A stretch of 64,000 nucleotides of DNA from a virus (IMGVR_UViG_3300038345_000251:1-64000), one strand, 5' to 3'; counted from the first letter of the stretch, positions 42,994-53,448 are shown. A program made the numbers and translations. The notes: generated from the letters alone by a model not told the origin.

Positions 42994-44688
42994 ATGCAAA
43001 GAGTATATAATAAGAGAAGTAACGAAATTATTAACGGTAAAGCCAAGTTACCAACAGCTGAACAGTTAGAGTATGGTGAAATTGCAATTAACTATGCAAA
43101 AGGTGAAGAAACATTAGCTATTAAAAATGATGAAGATGAAATTGTAAAATTGCCATTTACTGGCGGTAGTGGTGATAGTAATATCAGATATGTTAGAAAT
43201 AGTGACGTAAACCCATTTTCAGATAAAAGTCAACTATATGATTATATAAGAAGAAAAAGAAAAAGTGGTGATAATCTATATGAACCAGAAAATGGATGCC
43301 TTTTTGTTGCAAGAGTTGTTGAAAATGGAGTAGAAAGTATATATCCATTTGTAAATTATGAACCATCATATGACAGTATTATTGACCCAACAAAAACTAA
43401 AACACAAAAGCAAACTGAAGAACATAAAAAAATAACATATGATGGAAAATTTGTTGTTAGAAAACATTTTCCCGAAAGACCTATGGAATTTTTACGTTAC
43501 TATTTCCAAGGTGAATTTATGTTGTTTGAAGTGTATATAGTGGCAGGTGGTAGTGCAACATATTATTATGATACTGTTTTAATTAATGATATAGATATAC
43601 TTTCAAGTGAAGAAGGTATAAGAACATTTTATAAAAGACATCATAATAATATTGTTGTTGATAGAAATACTGATGGCGTAAGAGTTTTCAGTAATACAGG
43701 AACAACTGACGCAAAAATATTGATTAAAGTATTTCCTAATTGTTCAAATGGAAGTTTAGATATTGCTAATGTTGTTTTCCTTACAGATTTAAATAGTTAT
43801 TTAGGTAAAAAACAAAATTGGAAAGACGAATGGCAAAAAATAAAAGATAAAGAGTTCTATATTAACAATGATACATTTTATTTTGCTAATTTAAGTCAAC
43901 TCACAAGTGAACCTGAAACAATTTCACCACACCTTAAAATTAGAAATCAACATGTTGTAAACATTAAACCATCTACATTTTTAATTCAAAACAGAAACAT
44001 TGTTGATGGTGCAACAATTATGGGCGCAAAAGCAGATAGTAGTGTGTTTAAACGTTTAATTAATACAATTACAGCAAAAGATGCTAATAAACATATTTTA
44101 GTTAAAACAAGAGATTACGTTCCATTATATCCACAACGTGGTGAAAAATATGGTAAAATGGTTGTTACTGCAAAATTTGAATGTGGTAAGTTAATCATTT
44201 GTAAAGGGTATTATCAAGGAAAAATTGTTGTCGTATATCATGAAAGTGTTACACCAAACATCACACAAAGTTTAACTATTGATACAGCACAACATTCAAG
44301 TAGTGACCCAACTGTTCTTGTTATTGAACCTAGTGATTTAGGTATAGTAAGTACATATTTTTATTCATTAACATGTATTGGAACAATGTTGCTTGATAGT
44401 AGTGTTGAAGGATATATGGGTACATATACAAAACGTCCAGAATTCCATACAAGTGGAAGCGCAAAATTCAAGAAAAAAATTCTTACTCCTTGGGGATGGA
44501 TTAAACCTGCAACAAAAAAGAAAATGTACTGGGGTACACTTGCATGTGTTTATTATAACCAACATTCAAGACATGTTTCTAAAAAATATGGTAGAAGTTA
44601 TGATATGTTGGCATATAAAGTGATAAGAGGTGTTAAATCATTATTCCCTGCACATATTTATTGTAATTTACGAAGTAGAAGTAAATAA
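42994..44688 (+). CDS. Fibre/adhesin-like paralog 3
   Basis: Same N-terminus and conserved blocks as paralogs 1 and 2. Confidence 0.75.
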   Translation: MQRVYNKRSNEIINGKAKLPTAEQLEYGEIAINYAKGEETLAIKNDEDEIVKLPFTGGSGDSNIRYVRNSDVNPFSDKSQLYDYIRRKRKSGDNLYEPENGCLFVARVVENGVESIYPFVNYEPSYDSIIDPTKTKTQKQTEEHKKITYDGKFVVRKHFPERPMEFLRYYFQGEFMLFEVYIVAGGSATYYYDTVLINDIDILSSEEGIRTFYKRHHNNIVVDRNTDGVRVFSNTGTTDAKILIKVFPNCSNGSLDIANVVFLTDLNSYLGKKQNWKDEWQKIKDKEFYINNDTFYFANLSQLTSEPETISPHLKIRNQHVVNIKPSTFLIQNRNIVDGATIMGAKADSSVFKRLINTITAKDANKHILVKTRDYVPLYPQRGEKYGKMVVTAKFECGKLIICKGYYQGKIVVVYHESVTPNITQSLTIDTAQHSSSDPTVLVIEPSDLGIVSTYFYSLTCIGTMLLDSSVEGYMGTYTKRPEFHTSGSAKFKKKILTPWGWIKPATKKKMYWGTLACVYYNQHSRHVSKKYGRSYDMLAYKVIRGVKSLFPAHIYCNLRSRSK

Positions 44689-44695
44689 TAAAATG

Positions 44696-44723
44696 AAAGG
44701 TGAGTTAATTAACTCACCTTTTT
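44696..44723. terminator. Bidirectional intrinsic terminator
   Basis: Perfect palindrome AAAGGTGAGTTAATTAACTCACCTTT between convergent genes. Confidence 0.8.
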
Positions 44724-44726
44724 TAT

Positions 44727-45302
44727 TTACCATTCATTTAACTGAATGTTATTTCTTGTGATTCTTTTTTTCTTTGGCGGTTCTTCAGGAACGACAATTT
44801 TACTGAATGATTCGTTGGGGTTATTTACAGGACTAAACACTGTTTTATTTTCCACTTCATTTGGTGATTCTACCCATCTTGTTAAAACCTGTAATGGGTC
44901 TTCAGATTTCACATCATCTATATATAAATCATCTTTAATTTCATTTTGATAGTCTTTTAATATTTTACATCTACAATATGCAGTAAATAAATTGTCACAA
45001 TATGACTTGAAATCTCTATCTGTTATTTTTGAAATACCTTTATTATAAAGTTTTTTCATTTTTTTAGCAAAAAATTCAGAATAATATCCACGAAGTTCAA
45101 TAGGCATTGATAAAAACTGTTCAGAAGTTGTTTTAATAACTTCATTAAATGTCCTAACAAAACGGTTTATATCTTTATCACTTGCCATAGAAATAAACAA
45201 CTTCACAACTTCAATTGTATTTGGATTCATTTTTTCTTTATCCAAGTTTCCTACTAATGAATTGAGTGTACATATTGCACTATTTTTATCATAAATTTTC
45301 AT
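44727..45302 (-). CDS. Hypothetical protein
   Basis: ORF track. Confidence 0.6.
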   Translation of the reverse strand: MKIYDKNSAICTLNSLVGNLDKEKMNPNTIEVVKLFISMASDKDINRFVRTFNEVIKTTSEQFLSMPIELRGYYSEFFAKKMKKLYNKGISKITDRDFKSYCDNLFTAYCRCKILKDYQNEIKDDLYIDDVKSEDPLQVLTRWVESPNEVENKTVFSPVNNPNESFSKIVVPEEPPKKKRITRNNIQLNEW

Positions 45303-45387
45303 TTTCTTTATCGTTTTAAAACACTATTTATTTAATATAAAATACACTACAAAAATACATAAATAAATTAAGTAAGTCAAGATTTAT

Positions 45388-48129
45388 ATGAATTTATTTG
45401 AAAATATTATATTAGATTTATTGTTAGAAGCAAAATCACCAGAGGAAATCTTAAGTATATTAAAATATAAATTTAAAAATGTCCCTGAAAATGTGATTGA
45501 TGCAGTATTTAATGTTGACCCAACCAAAAAGAAGTCATATACACAATGGGTGTTGATGCATTGGGACGAAGAAAAACATATTATAGATAAGTTTTTACAA
45601 GATGGAACATTTAAAAAAATGTTTAACTATGCTAAAGAACATCAAGAAGTACAGTTAAATAAGTATGATTCCATTAAAGAAGCAGCAAACCAACTTTTAG
45701 GTGCTATTAGTGATAGTGCCTCAGAGGATGATATTGATATTGATTTACTTAAAAAAGACGGTAACGGACCAGAAAATGATTTTACAATTGCATTCCGTAG
45801 TGGTGAATGGATAGTAGCAATACCTAATACCTATGAAGCAGACCATAAACTTGGTGAAAATACACATTGGTGTACTGCTGGTTGGTATTATACCGATGAA
45901 CAAGGTAGAATGTATTATAGAAGATACTTAAGAGAATTTGGTGGGTGTTATTTTATTAATTTTGATTTAAGACAATATGAAACACTTCATAATAGAAATA
46001 GAGAAATAGAACAAACAACTGTTCGTTATCCATTTACACGTTATCAATTCCATTTTGAATCAAAACAGTTTATGGACACTGATGATAACCGTATAAGTAT
46101 GTCACAACTTAATATGCCTGATGATGTAATTAAATTCTATGAAGACAAAGGTTATAATTTCGATGATGTTGATGAGTTATCAGATGAGGAAAGAATGGAA
46201 CAATACGAAGAAGCACGTTGGAATCGTAGTGTTGATGTAACTGATAGACTTGTTATATTACCTGAATATGACCAAGATATGAATCCTAATATTCCTGATG
46301 ATACTATATATATGGTTTATGACCAAAATAATGATATAATGGACCCTGTTAGTTATACACCTATAAGTACACAAGCGTTATATGTTGATGATGATAATGG
46401 TTTCTATATCTTCAATGCAAATACTAAAGGACATGGAATGAACGGTACTTTACTTGTTACTGATGCACCAGCTGATGTAGATGAATATGATGGTACAGGC
46501 GATGATGAACCATTAGTTATTATTGAAACTGGTGGTTATTTTGAAGCATATGAGGAAGTTAAATACTATAAAGTAGTTGAGTTTTTTGGTGTTAATACAT
46601 TACTTTTTATTAGTGAAGATAATGGAAGATTCAATGGTAACGATTCATTTATCCATTTTCAAAATAGAAATTTAACAGATAGTATTAAATTACCGTTTAA
46701 AATTGATGAAGTTGGTGTTTTAGATGTTTTCCCTAACTATGACGTTGGTAGTTTATATGATACTGAACGTTCAGAGTTTATATTTGAAGTTGTTTATGAT
46801 AATGGTTATCATTCATTGATTAATGTTGCACGTGATGGCATAAGTTATTTAATTAAATGTGATAAACCTGCCAATAATGGTGAACATTTCATCGAACAAG
46901 AAGATGAAAATGGTGAAATGGTAATATTAGGTACACTCAGAAACTATTATGGTAATCAAGAAGATTATGATGAAAAAAATACTACAGCTATTGCTGCATA
47001 TGTAAAAGATTTTCATTTTAATAATACTGTATTAGTTAAAATGAATGATAATAAATATAATATTTTTAACATTAAAACAAAACAACTTATTTTACCTCAA
47101 AATTTTAACGTAATTAAATCTGCTGATGCTAATCTTGTATTAGCAGAAAAATATGGTGCTGTTATTGTAAGTAATGATGATGAAAATGGTGATACCGTTT
47201 ATTCATTAACAACAGGTGAACCTTTAACAGATACATATCCATTGATTGATTGTGGCGTAAGATTTTTCTATGGATGGGTTGGTGCACAAGATGCAATGAA
47301 AAACTATTATGTTTTTTCACCTGATTTTAAACAAACTTATGGACCATTTGTTGGTTTAAATAGTGGATGGGGTGCAAGTAAAATGCTTGTTACTGTTTTA
47401 GACAAAAACCATCAGAAAGTTAGAAAATTCTTTAACTTTAAAACAGGAAAATTCGAATTTGAAGATATTGGTATGCTATCAGTTCTTTCAGGTGATTATA
47501 ACATTGCTGCTGGTATGACAAGTAATGGTGAATCAATAATGTTTAATTTTGAAACAGGTAATATTATAGATAGAAACGTTATGCCAGGACAACGTTTTCA
47601 AACAATTAATAAAGATGGGTCAATTATTGGTATAAGACATTCTAATACAGGAAAAATGAATATGATTAACTTAAAAACAGGTGAAAAATTATTACCGTTT
47701 GAAGTTGATAAAATTTATGGAAGATTTGATAGCCGTAGTTATCAAGCATTTTTCCCATTTGTTTCTTTAAAAAACAATGATGCTTTCTATATATTCAATG
47801 TTGATACTAAACAACTTTTACCAAATGAAAATGGTATTGTAACAGGTGATACAGGTGTTTATGCATTTAGTTTATATGGTTCAGAAATGCCTGTTTGTAG
47901 TTTTTCAATACATGATAGTATGAATACTTCTGTGTATCATATTGTTTGGAACTATAGTAATGGAGAAGTAAGTGTAAGAGAAGGTGGAAGGGGCGGTGAA
48001 TCAGTTGATTTAAAGAATTGCACACCTGAAGTACAACAAAGAGTTATGCAAGTACTTAATCCACAAAAAGCACAATTTGTTAGTCAATATACAGAAATGA
48101 TAAATAGAATGAAAAAGTTAATTAAATAA
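45388..48129 (+). CDS. Large phage protein with PcfJ-like (DPT..K.Y.QW / WCTA) domain and beta-rich C-terminal repeats
   Basis: VDPTKKKSYTQW, GENTHWCTA, YQFHFESKQFMD; CTATTTAT motif upstream. Confidence 0.6.
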   Translation: MNLFENIILDLLLEAKSPEEILSILKYKFKNVPENVIDAVFNVDPTKKKSYTQWVLMHWDEEKHIIDKFLQDGTFKKMFNYAKEHQEVQLNKYDSIKEAANQLLGAISDSASEDDIDIDLLKKDGNGPENDFTIAFRSGEWIVAIPNTYEADHKLGENTHWCTAGWYYTDEQGRMYYRRYLREFGGCYFINFDLRQYETLHNRNREIEQTTVRYPFTRYQFHFESKQFMDTDDNRISMSQLNMPDDVIKFYEDKGYNFDDVDELSDEERMEQYEEARWNRSVDVTDRLVILPEYDQDMNPNIPDDTIYMVYDQNNDIMDPVSYTPISTQALYVDDDNGFYIFNANTKGHGMNGTLLVTDAPADVDEYDGTGDDEPLVIIETGGYFEAYEEVKYYKVVEFFGVNTLLFISEDNGRFNGNDSFIHFQNRNLTDSIKLPFKIDEVGVLDVFPNYDVGSLYDTERSEFIFEVVYDNGYHSLINVARDGISYLIKCDKPANNGEHFIEQEDENGEMVILGTLRNYYGNQEDYDEKNTTAIAAYVKDFHFNNTVLVKMNDNKYNIFNIKTKQLILPQNFNVIKSADANLVLAEKYGAVIVSNDDENGDTVYSLTTGEPLTDTYPLIDCGVRFFYGWVGAQDAMKNYYVFSPDFKQTYGPFVGLNSGWGASKMLVTVLDKNHQKVRKFFNFKTGKFEFEDIGMLSVLSGDYNIAAGMTSNGESIMFNFETGNIIDRNVMPGQRFQTINKDGSIIGIRHSNTGKMNMINLKTGEKLLPFEVDKIYGRFDSRSYQAFFPFVSLKNNDAFYIFNVDTKQLLPNENGIVTGDTGVYAFSLYGSEMPVCSFSIHDSMNTSVYHIVWNYSNGEVSVREGGRGGESVDLKNCTPEVQQRVMQVLNPQKAQFVSQYTEMINRMKKLIK

Positions 48130-48157
48130 AAAAAGCAGGTTAATTAACCTGCTTTTC
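48129..48157. terminator. Bidirectional intrinsic terminator
   Basis: Palindrome AAAGCAGGTTAATTAACCTGCTTT between convergent genes. Confidence 0.8.
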
Positions 48158-48159
48158 TT

Positions 48160-48687
48160 TTAGATAAATAAACTTATTAATACTATATACGTTGAAAGGA
48201 ACATTGCCATTTCAAGATAATAAATAAGACTTTCTTTTAGTGTTCTTGTACCTAATCCAATTACAAAGGTTAATACAAATACAGGTAATAAAACAATCCA
48301 TTTATGTACTATCACAAACAACCATACAAGAATTAAAGTAACACATGTCCATGCCCCAATTTGATGAACAATATTTTGTTTTTTAACTGTATCATAGTTT
48401 GGTGTAAATGATACTAAAAACAAATATAAAGGTGCAAAAAAACAAAGAAATTGTAAAGCACTTCCTGTTCCTGTTACAATCATTGGTGGCATTAAAAGTG
48501 CTGCCGTTATAAATGTTACTACAGACCAAATATTAATTCCTTTTGTTTTAGGATGCTGTTTTTCCCATTCACTCCATTTTGGTCCGTATGCAGAATAACA
48601 ACTCAATAAACCGTATTTATTGAGACAAATGATATTAAATGTCACAAATAATATCATTGAAATAAGTGTGCAAATTAAACTTCCCAT
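48160..48687 (-). CDS. Multi-pass membrane protein
   Basis: Five to six hydrophobic segments. Confidence 0.7.
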   Translation of the reverse strand: MGSLICTLISMILFVTFNIICLNKYGLLSCYSAYGPKWSEWEKQHPKTKGINIWSVVTFITAALLMPPMIVTGTGSALQFLCFFAPLYLFLVSFTPNYDTVKKQNIVHQIGAWTCVTLILVWLFVIVHKWIVLLPVFVLTFVIGLGTRTLKESLIYYLEMAMFLSTYIVLISLFI

Positions 48688-48908
48688 ATTGTTTGAGTTT
48701 TATAAATAAATAGTGTTTTTTAAGACTTAATTTTCAGTATACCATCTTATTTGATACTTAAAATACTATTTTACAAAAAAGTGGGGATGTATTTCATCCT
48801 ACATCCCCTAATGACAGTCACTGGTAGCGAAATTCCCAAAACTACACGGCTGTGCATATACCAAAAAAGGAAAATCAGGTATATCATCTGAAATTCCTTT
48901 TATATTTT

Positions 48909-50102
48909 TTATGTACTATATTCCCAAATCCACTGACTACTCCCACAGTTAAAACTGTGGGGTTCTTGGGACAGGCTTGCAGTAATCTGCTCCTTATGTC
49001 CACAAAGGGATAGTCCTTCCCTCTCTATATTTCTTGCAGCATTCAAATCCCTGTTATGATGTGTTCCGCACATAGGACAAGCCCATTCCCTAACATTCAG
49101 GTTTTTGACCTTTTCTTCCTTGTGTCCACACTCCGAACAGATTTGGCTACTTGCAAACCACTTGTCTATCTTGACAAGGCTGTCACACTTGTATTCAAGC
49201 ATATTCAGGAACATACTCCACCCACAGTCGGAGATTGATTGTGCGAGGTGATGGTTCTTTTGCATACCTTTCACATTCAAAGTCTCAACACATACTGTGG
49301 AATAGTTCTTTGCTATCCAAGTGCTTGTTTTGTGCAAGTAATCATATCTTTGGAAGGCTATATGCTCTTGTAGTTTTGCAACCTGCTTTATTGCCTTCTT
49401 CCAATTGTTTGACTGCTCTTCTTTTTTCTTACCCTGTTGGTATCTCCTACTGACAGTCCTTTGCAATACTCTCAGTTTCCTGAGATTTGATTTCAAGTAT
49501 TTTTGGTTTTCAAATACCTTTCCATCACTAAGTACTGCAAAATCCTTTATGCCAATGTCAATACCAACAGACTTTCCATTATCCAATTTTGCCTTATCCA
49601 CAGTTTCATACAGCACTGATATGAAATACCTGTCTGTTGATGTATGGCTGATTGTATATGACTTTATTTTTCCTTTTATTTGCTTGTTGTGACCCTTGAA
49701 AATCCTGATAGTTCCCAACTTTGCAACCTTTACAGTCCAATTGTCATAGTCAAGGACACAGGCAATTGGAATCCTGAAACTATCTTTTACACCTTTCTTC
49801 TTGAATTTAGGGAAACCGCTACCACCCTTGCGAAAGAAATTGGCATAGGCACTATCAAGGTTCCTGATAGCCTGCTGCAAGGATTGGCTTGGAGCATCCT
49901 TCAGGAAAGTGAGTTCAGACTTCAGTTGTGGGAGTTGGTTTATCAGTTCTATTGCTGAGATTGTTATACCACTTTCCTTATATGCACTAATTTTTCTGTC
50001 AAGCATAGTGTTATACACTTTGCGGCAGCACCCACAAGTCTGCTTAATCTGCTCCTTCTGAGTGTTGGTAGGATTTAGTTCATATTTGATGGCTCTCAGC
50101 AT
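48909..50102 (-). CDS. tnpB: RNA-guided endonuclease TnpB
   Basis: HTH N-terminus, RuvC GIDIG / VETL / RDLNAA, CSECG..CPMCG zinc finger. Confidence 0.95.
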   Translation of the reverse strand: MLRAIKYELNPTNTQKEQIKQTCGCCRKVYNTMLDRKISAYKESGITISAIELINQLPQLKSELTFLKDAPSQSLQQAIRNLDSAYANFFRKGGSGFPKFKKKGVKDSFRIPIACVLDYDNWTVKVAKLGTIRIFKGHNKQIKGKIKSYTISHTSTDRYFISVLYETVDKAKLDNGKSVGIDIGIKDFAVLSDGKVFENQKYLKSNLRKLRVLQRTVSRRYQQGKKKEEQSNNWKKAIKQVAKLQEHIAFQRYDYLHKTSTWIAKNYSTVCVETLNVKGMQKNHHLAQSISDCGWSMFLNMLEYKCDSLVKIDKWFASSQICSECGHKEEKVKNLNVREWACPMCGTHHNRDLNAARNIEREGLSLCGHKEQITASLSQEPHSFNCGSSQWIWEYST

Positions 50103-50209
50103 TAGTTAAACTTTTGCTTTTCTAATGTAAATATACAAAAATTTTTTCAAAAAAACAAAATTAAAGTACACTTGCTTTCAACCAACTATTGAAATAGTGG
50201 TTTTTTTTC
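48933..50209 (-). mobile_element. Non-autonomous tnpB-only IS (IS200/IS605 or IS607 superfamily)
   Basis: Left hairpin AACCACTATT..AATAGTTGGTT after TGGGG, right hairpin CCCACAGTT..AACTGTGGG then GTCAG; no tnpA. Confidence 0.8.
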
Positions 50210-50290
50210 CCCACAGGAAAATCCAATAAAATTTGTTTGATTATAAATAGTATGAAAAGTTGAATTATTCGGTTTCTTTATTTTCTTTTA

Positions 50291-51646
50291 GGAAATTATA
50301 TACCTGTTGTCCACAGGATTTACTATTTTAATGCTTCATAGGGTTAGTAATCTCATTGCCCTCCACATTCAGAATCCCTCTTTCCTGTGGGATTTTATTT
50401 TCTTTACCTACCAAGGCTTGTGGGTGCAAGCCAAAATTCTTTATATTAATGGCTGCATTAACATCCCTATCATGTATCTCTCCACATACAGGACATATCC
50501 ACTCCCTGTCAGATAACTTTAATTCTTTGTTTATATATCCACACTTACTACACATCTTACTACTTGGGTCAAACCTTCCTATAAATACTACATTTTTTCC
50601 ATACCATTCAGCCTTGTAAACTATCTTCCTTACTATCATACTCCATGATGCTGAATTGATTGCTCTGGCAAGATTATGATTCTGTGTCATACCAGTAATG
50701 TTTAAGTCTTCCATACATATTGTATCATATCTCCTTATCCATTCAGTTGACAACTTATTAGTGAAATCCACCCTCTTATTTGCAATCTTCTCATGATACT
50801 TAACAAGTCTGATTCTTGCTCTTTCCCAATTCTTTGAACCTTTTTGTTTTCTTGCAAGTCTTCTATTAAGAAGTCTTAGTTTTCTATCAGTTGATTCAAG
50901 GTATTTAGGGTTATCTATTTTAGTACCATCAGATAATGTAGCATATGTTTTGATACCGAAGTCAATACCTACAGTTGTTTCATCAACCACATTGGCTTTC
51001 TGTGGAGGTGTTTGTTGGTCATCAACTAATACTATGCACCAAAACACACCTTTATTATCATAATGTACAGTAAGTGTTCCAAATTTAACGTTATTACTAT
51101 CAAATGTTCTGTTTTTTTTCATTTTAACCCAACCTATTGTTGGTATTTTGATTTTCCAATTATCAAAATCCATTGTTGGTTTGTCAGAGAACTTGACAGT
51201 TTGTTTTGAGTGTTTAGACTTAAAGTTAGGGAACTTGGTTTGTTTTTTAAAGAATCTGGTAAATGCATTATCAAGATTTCTTAGTGATTGTGTTAAACAT
51301 TGTCTTCCACATAATGAAAGCCATTGATATTCAGGTAATTTTTTCATTTCAGTAATCATGGCAGATAGTTCACAATAGGAAAGACGTTGTTTATTATTTG
51401 CCCAAGCATTTTTCTTTTTATCAAGTCCCCAATTATATATGAAACGAGCATTACCCATTGCCTGAAGCAACTGTTGTTGTTGCTTCATTGTTGGGTTCAA
51501 TTTATATTTAAAAGCTTTATTCATATATTAGTTTACTTTTTCTTTTTTCTAACTATAAATAGTATTTAATTTCAAAAAAGTCAACATTAATTAAATAATT
51601 TTCAAATAATTATATTATTTTTGTGGACAACAAGTATATAATTTCC
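50291..51646 (-). mobile_element. tnpB element bounded by 25-bp terminal inverted repeats with 8-bp target duplication
   Basis: GGAAATTATATACCTGTTGTCCACA (50291) / TGTGGACAACAAGTATATAATTTCC (to 51646); TTCTTTTA on both flanks (50283-50290, 51647-51654). Confidence 0.85.
50328..51524 (-). CDS. tnpB: RNA-guided endonuclease TnpB (second, divergent)
   Basis: RuvC GIDFG / MEDL / DRDVNAA, CSKCG..CPVCG. Confidence 0.95.
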   Translation of the reverse strand: MNKAFKYKLNPTMKQQQQLLQAMGNARFIYNWGLDKKKNAWANNKQRLSYCELSAMITEMKKLPEYQWLSLCGRQCLTQSLRNLDNAFTRFFKKQTKFPNFKSKHSKQTVKFSDKPTMDFDNWKIKIPTIGWVKMKKNRTFDSNNVKFGTLTVHYDNKGVFWCIVLVDDQQTPPQKANVVDETTVGIDFGIKTYATLSDGTKIDNPKYLESTDRKLRLLNRRLARKQKGSKNWERARIRLVKYHEKIANKRVDFTNKLSTEWIRRYDTICMEDLNITGMTQNHNLARAINSASWSMIVRKIVYKAEWYGKNVVFIGRFDPSSKMCSKCGYINKELKLSDREWICPVCGEIHDRDVNAAINIKNFGLHPQALVGKENKIPQERGILNVEGNEITNPMKH

Positions 51647-52225
51647 TTCTTTTAATTGTTTCTTTTTAATTTCAACATAATCTCTGAAAGGTTGTCTTTG
51701 TTTTCTACCCCTATAAAGCCACTTTTTAAACAATTTAAGAGATACACTTGTAATACCCATAAATCCTTTCCAATTAGGCTCATAGTTGCTTAAATAAGCG
51801 TTTTTGGCTTCTTCTTTTGAATTAAATCCAAGCATTACTTTGGTTTCATCAAAATTACCATGTTTATCTTTTTGGTCAACACAATAAACTCTTTCGAAAT
51901 TTTCAATATTTGGTCCAATGAATACATCAACAGCATCACCATCTTTTCCTTTAGTAATATTAAAATATCCGTAATGTTGTTTCATTACATTATATTTTCT
52001 ATTACCATTAGCATCTGTTTCACCATAATATCTTTTACTTCCTTTAGGGTTTTCAATGGCAATTTTCATACCTTTAACTGAAATATGTCCCATTTTATAG
52101 TTAGAGGCTTCTTTTTGTGCGTCAGTAGGATTAAGATTAATATCTTCACATCTTTTATTAATTTCTTCGCTTGAAATTTCAAGTAATGTATTATACTGTG
52201 ATTCTGTTATTATTAACTTTCGCAT
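51602..52225 (-). CDS. Inorganic pyrophosphatase-like (InPase) domain protein, C-terminus altered by tnpB insertion
   Basis: IENPKGS.R, HYGYF...DGDAVDVFIG, FDETKVMLGF, AYLSNY; leader IITESQY..LLE. Confidence 0.75.
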   Translation of the reverse strand: MRKLIITESQYNTLLEISSEEINKRCEDINLNPTDAQKEASNYKMGHISVKGMKIAIENPKGSKRYYGETDANGNRKYNVMKQHYGYFNITKGKDGDAVDVFIGPNIENFERVYCVDQKDKHGNFDETKVMLGFNSKEEAKNAYLSNYEPNWKGFMGITSVSLKLFKKWLYRGRKQRQPFRDYVEIKKKQLKEGNYILVVHKNNIII

Positions 52226-53303
52226 TTTTTCTTTTTCTTTTTTCTCTTTCATTTCTCAATTTTCGTTTATGTTCTTTGCAAATTTCTTGTGTATATTTTA
52301 TTAATCCGTCTGGATTAAAATTTTTAATATTTTCTATACCAATTTCATTTTCAGTAACAATTTTATATTTAATATTTTTTTCTTTATAAAATTGTTTTGC
52401 TACTTCAAACTTTATTTGATTAATTTTATCATTTACTAAATTACTTGGTTTTATTTCTTCTACAACGATTTTATTATCATAAAAAATTTTAAAATCAGGT
52501 ATATAATAATGTTTTTCATTATTATCATCTGTATATAAAATTCTTTCAGTGTTTTTTTCCCAATTTATAACAGATGTATCATTATCTAATTGTTGCATCC
52601 TAACTGCTTCCCACAACGAATCTGCAACATACCATTTGTCAGACTTTGTTGAATACCAAGGTAAGTTAGTCCCTTTAAAATGTTTTCTACCTTTATTTGC
52701 TGATAAAGTAAATGCATCTGAAAAATTTCTTGTAACATTTGCATTTTTAACCCATCTAGCAATTGTTGTTGTCCCATAGTGATATTTTTCATGTAATTCA
52801 CAAATATTAAGTCCTGAAATATATTCTTCAACAATTTTATTTTTAATATCGTCAGGGATTTTATTATGTGCTTTTCGTTCTATTTTAACACCTTTTTCGT
52901 ATAAAATTTTGTAAACAGTTCCATTACCTTTAATGTTATATTTTAATTGTATTTCTTTAATTGGTGTTTGGTTTACATAGTCATTGTAAATTTTACTTTT
53001 TGTTTCATTATCAATTTTTTTGTTTAAATTTCTAACAAGATTATATTTTTTTAATACTTCATAAATTTTACGTTCACAAAGATTAGTTGCTAAAATTATT
53101 TCTTCTATTTTAACTTTGTTTGAGTATAATTCTACAATTAAATTTTCTTGTTTTTTAGATATATCTTTTTTTAAATTTCTTCTTTCAATTTTGTTTTTTT
53201 TGAGAATATTTAATATTTTACTCTTAGAACAACCATATTTTTTAGCGAGTTTTAAACTTGATAACCCTTCTTTATATTCTTTTATTATTATTTTGTCATC
53301 CAT
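52191..53303 (-). CDS. Free-standing homing endonuclease, TnsA-N-like PD-(D/E)XK with N-terminal HTH repeats
   Basis: DSLWE...YIPDFKI...EEIKP...K...A; repeated I...Y..G......L.KY.. HTH units. Confidence 0.75.
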   Translation of the reverse strand: MDDKIIIKEYKEGLSSLKLAKKYGCSKSKILNILKKNKIERRNLKKDISKKQENLIVELYSNKVKIEEIILATNLCERKIYEVLKKYNLVRNLNKKIDNETKSKIYNDYVNQTPIKEIQLKYNIKGNGTVYKILYEKGVKIERKAHNKIPDDIKNKIVEEYISGLNICELHEKYHYGTTTIARWVKNANVTRNFSDAFTLSANKGRKHFKGTNLPWYSTKSDKWYVADSLWEAVRMQQLDNDTSVINWEKNTERILYTDDNNEKHYYIPDFKIFYDNKIVVEEIKPSNLVNDKINQIKFEVAKQFYKEKNIKYKIVTENEIGIENIKNFNPDGLIKYTQEICKEHKRKLRNEREKRKRKNAKVNNNRITV

Positions 53304-53371
53304 ATAACCAATTGTTTATTAATAAATAGTTTGTTACCACCGTTTTTTTGTTTTTCAATTGGTTTTTTAAT

Positions 53372-53448
53372 TATGACAATTTATTTACTGATAAAGTACC
53401 AAATGTCCAATCTTATCATCAAACCAATCTTTCATTACTTGTTTCAAG
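53372..53448 (-). pseudogene. Duplicated 3' fragment of gene 59219..59641
   Basis: TTATCATCAAACCAATCTTTCATTACTTGTTTCAAG shared with ~59271-59306 (LKQVMKDWFDDKIG). Confidence 0.75.

Noticed and set aside
37533-44688. Diversity-generating retroelement acting on the paralogs
   Set aside because: No reverse transcriptase and no TR/VR pair differing only at adenines visible
48780-50230. tmRNA, SRP or RNase P identity for the IS-interrupted RNA
   Set aside because: No T-arm/CCA end, SRP loop or P4 motifs recognisable
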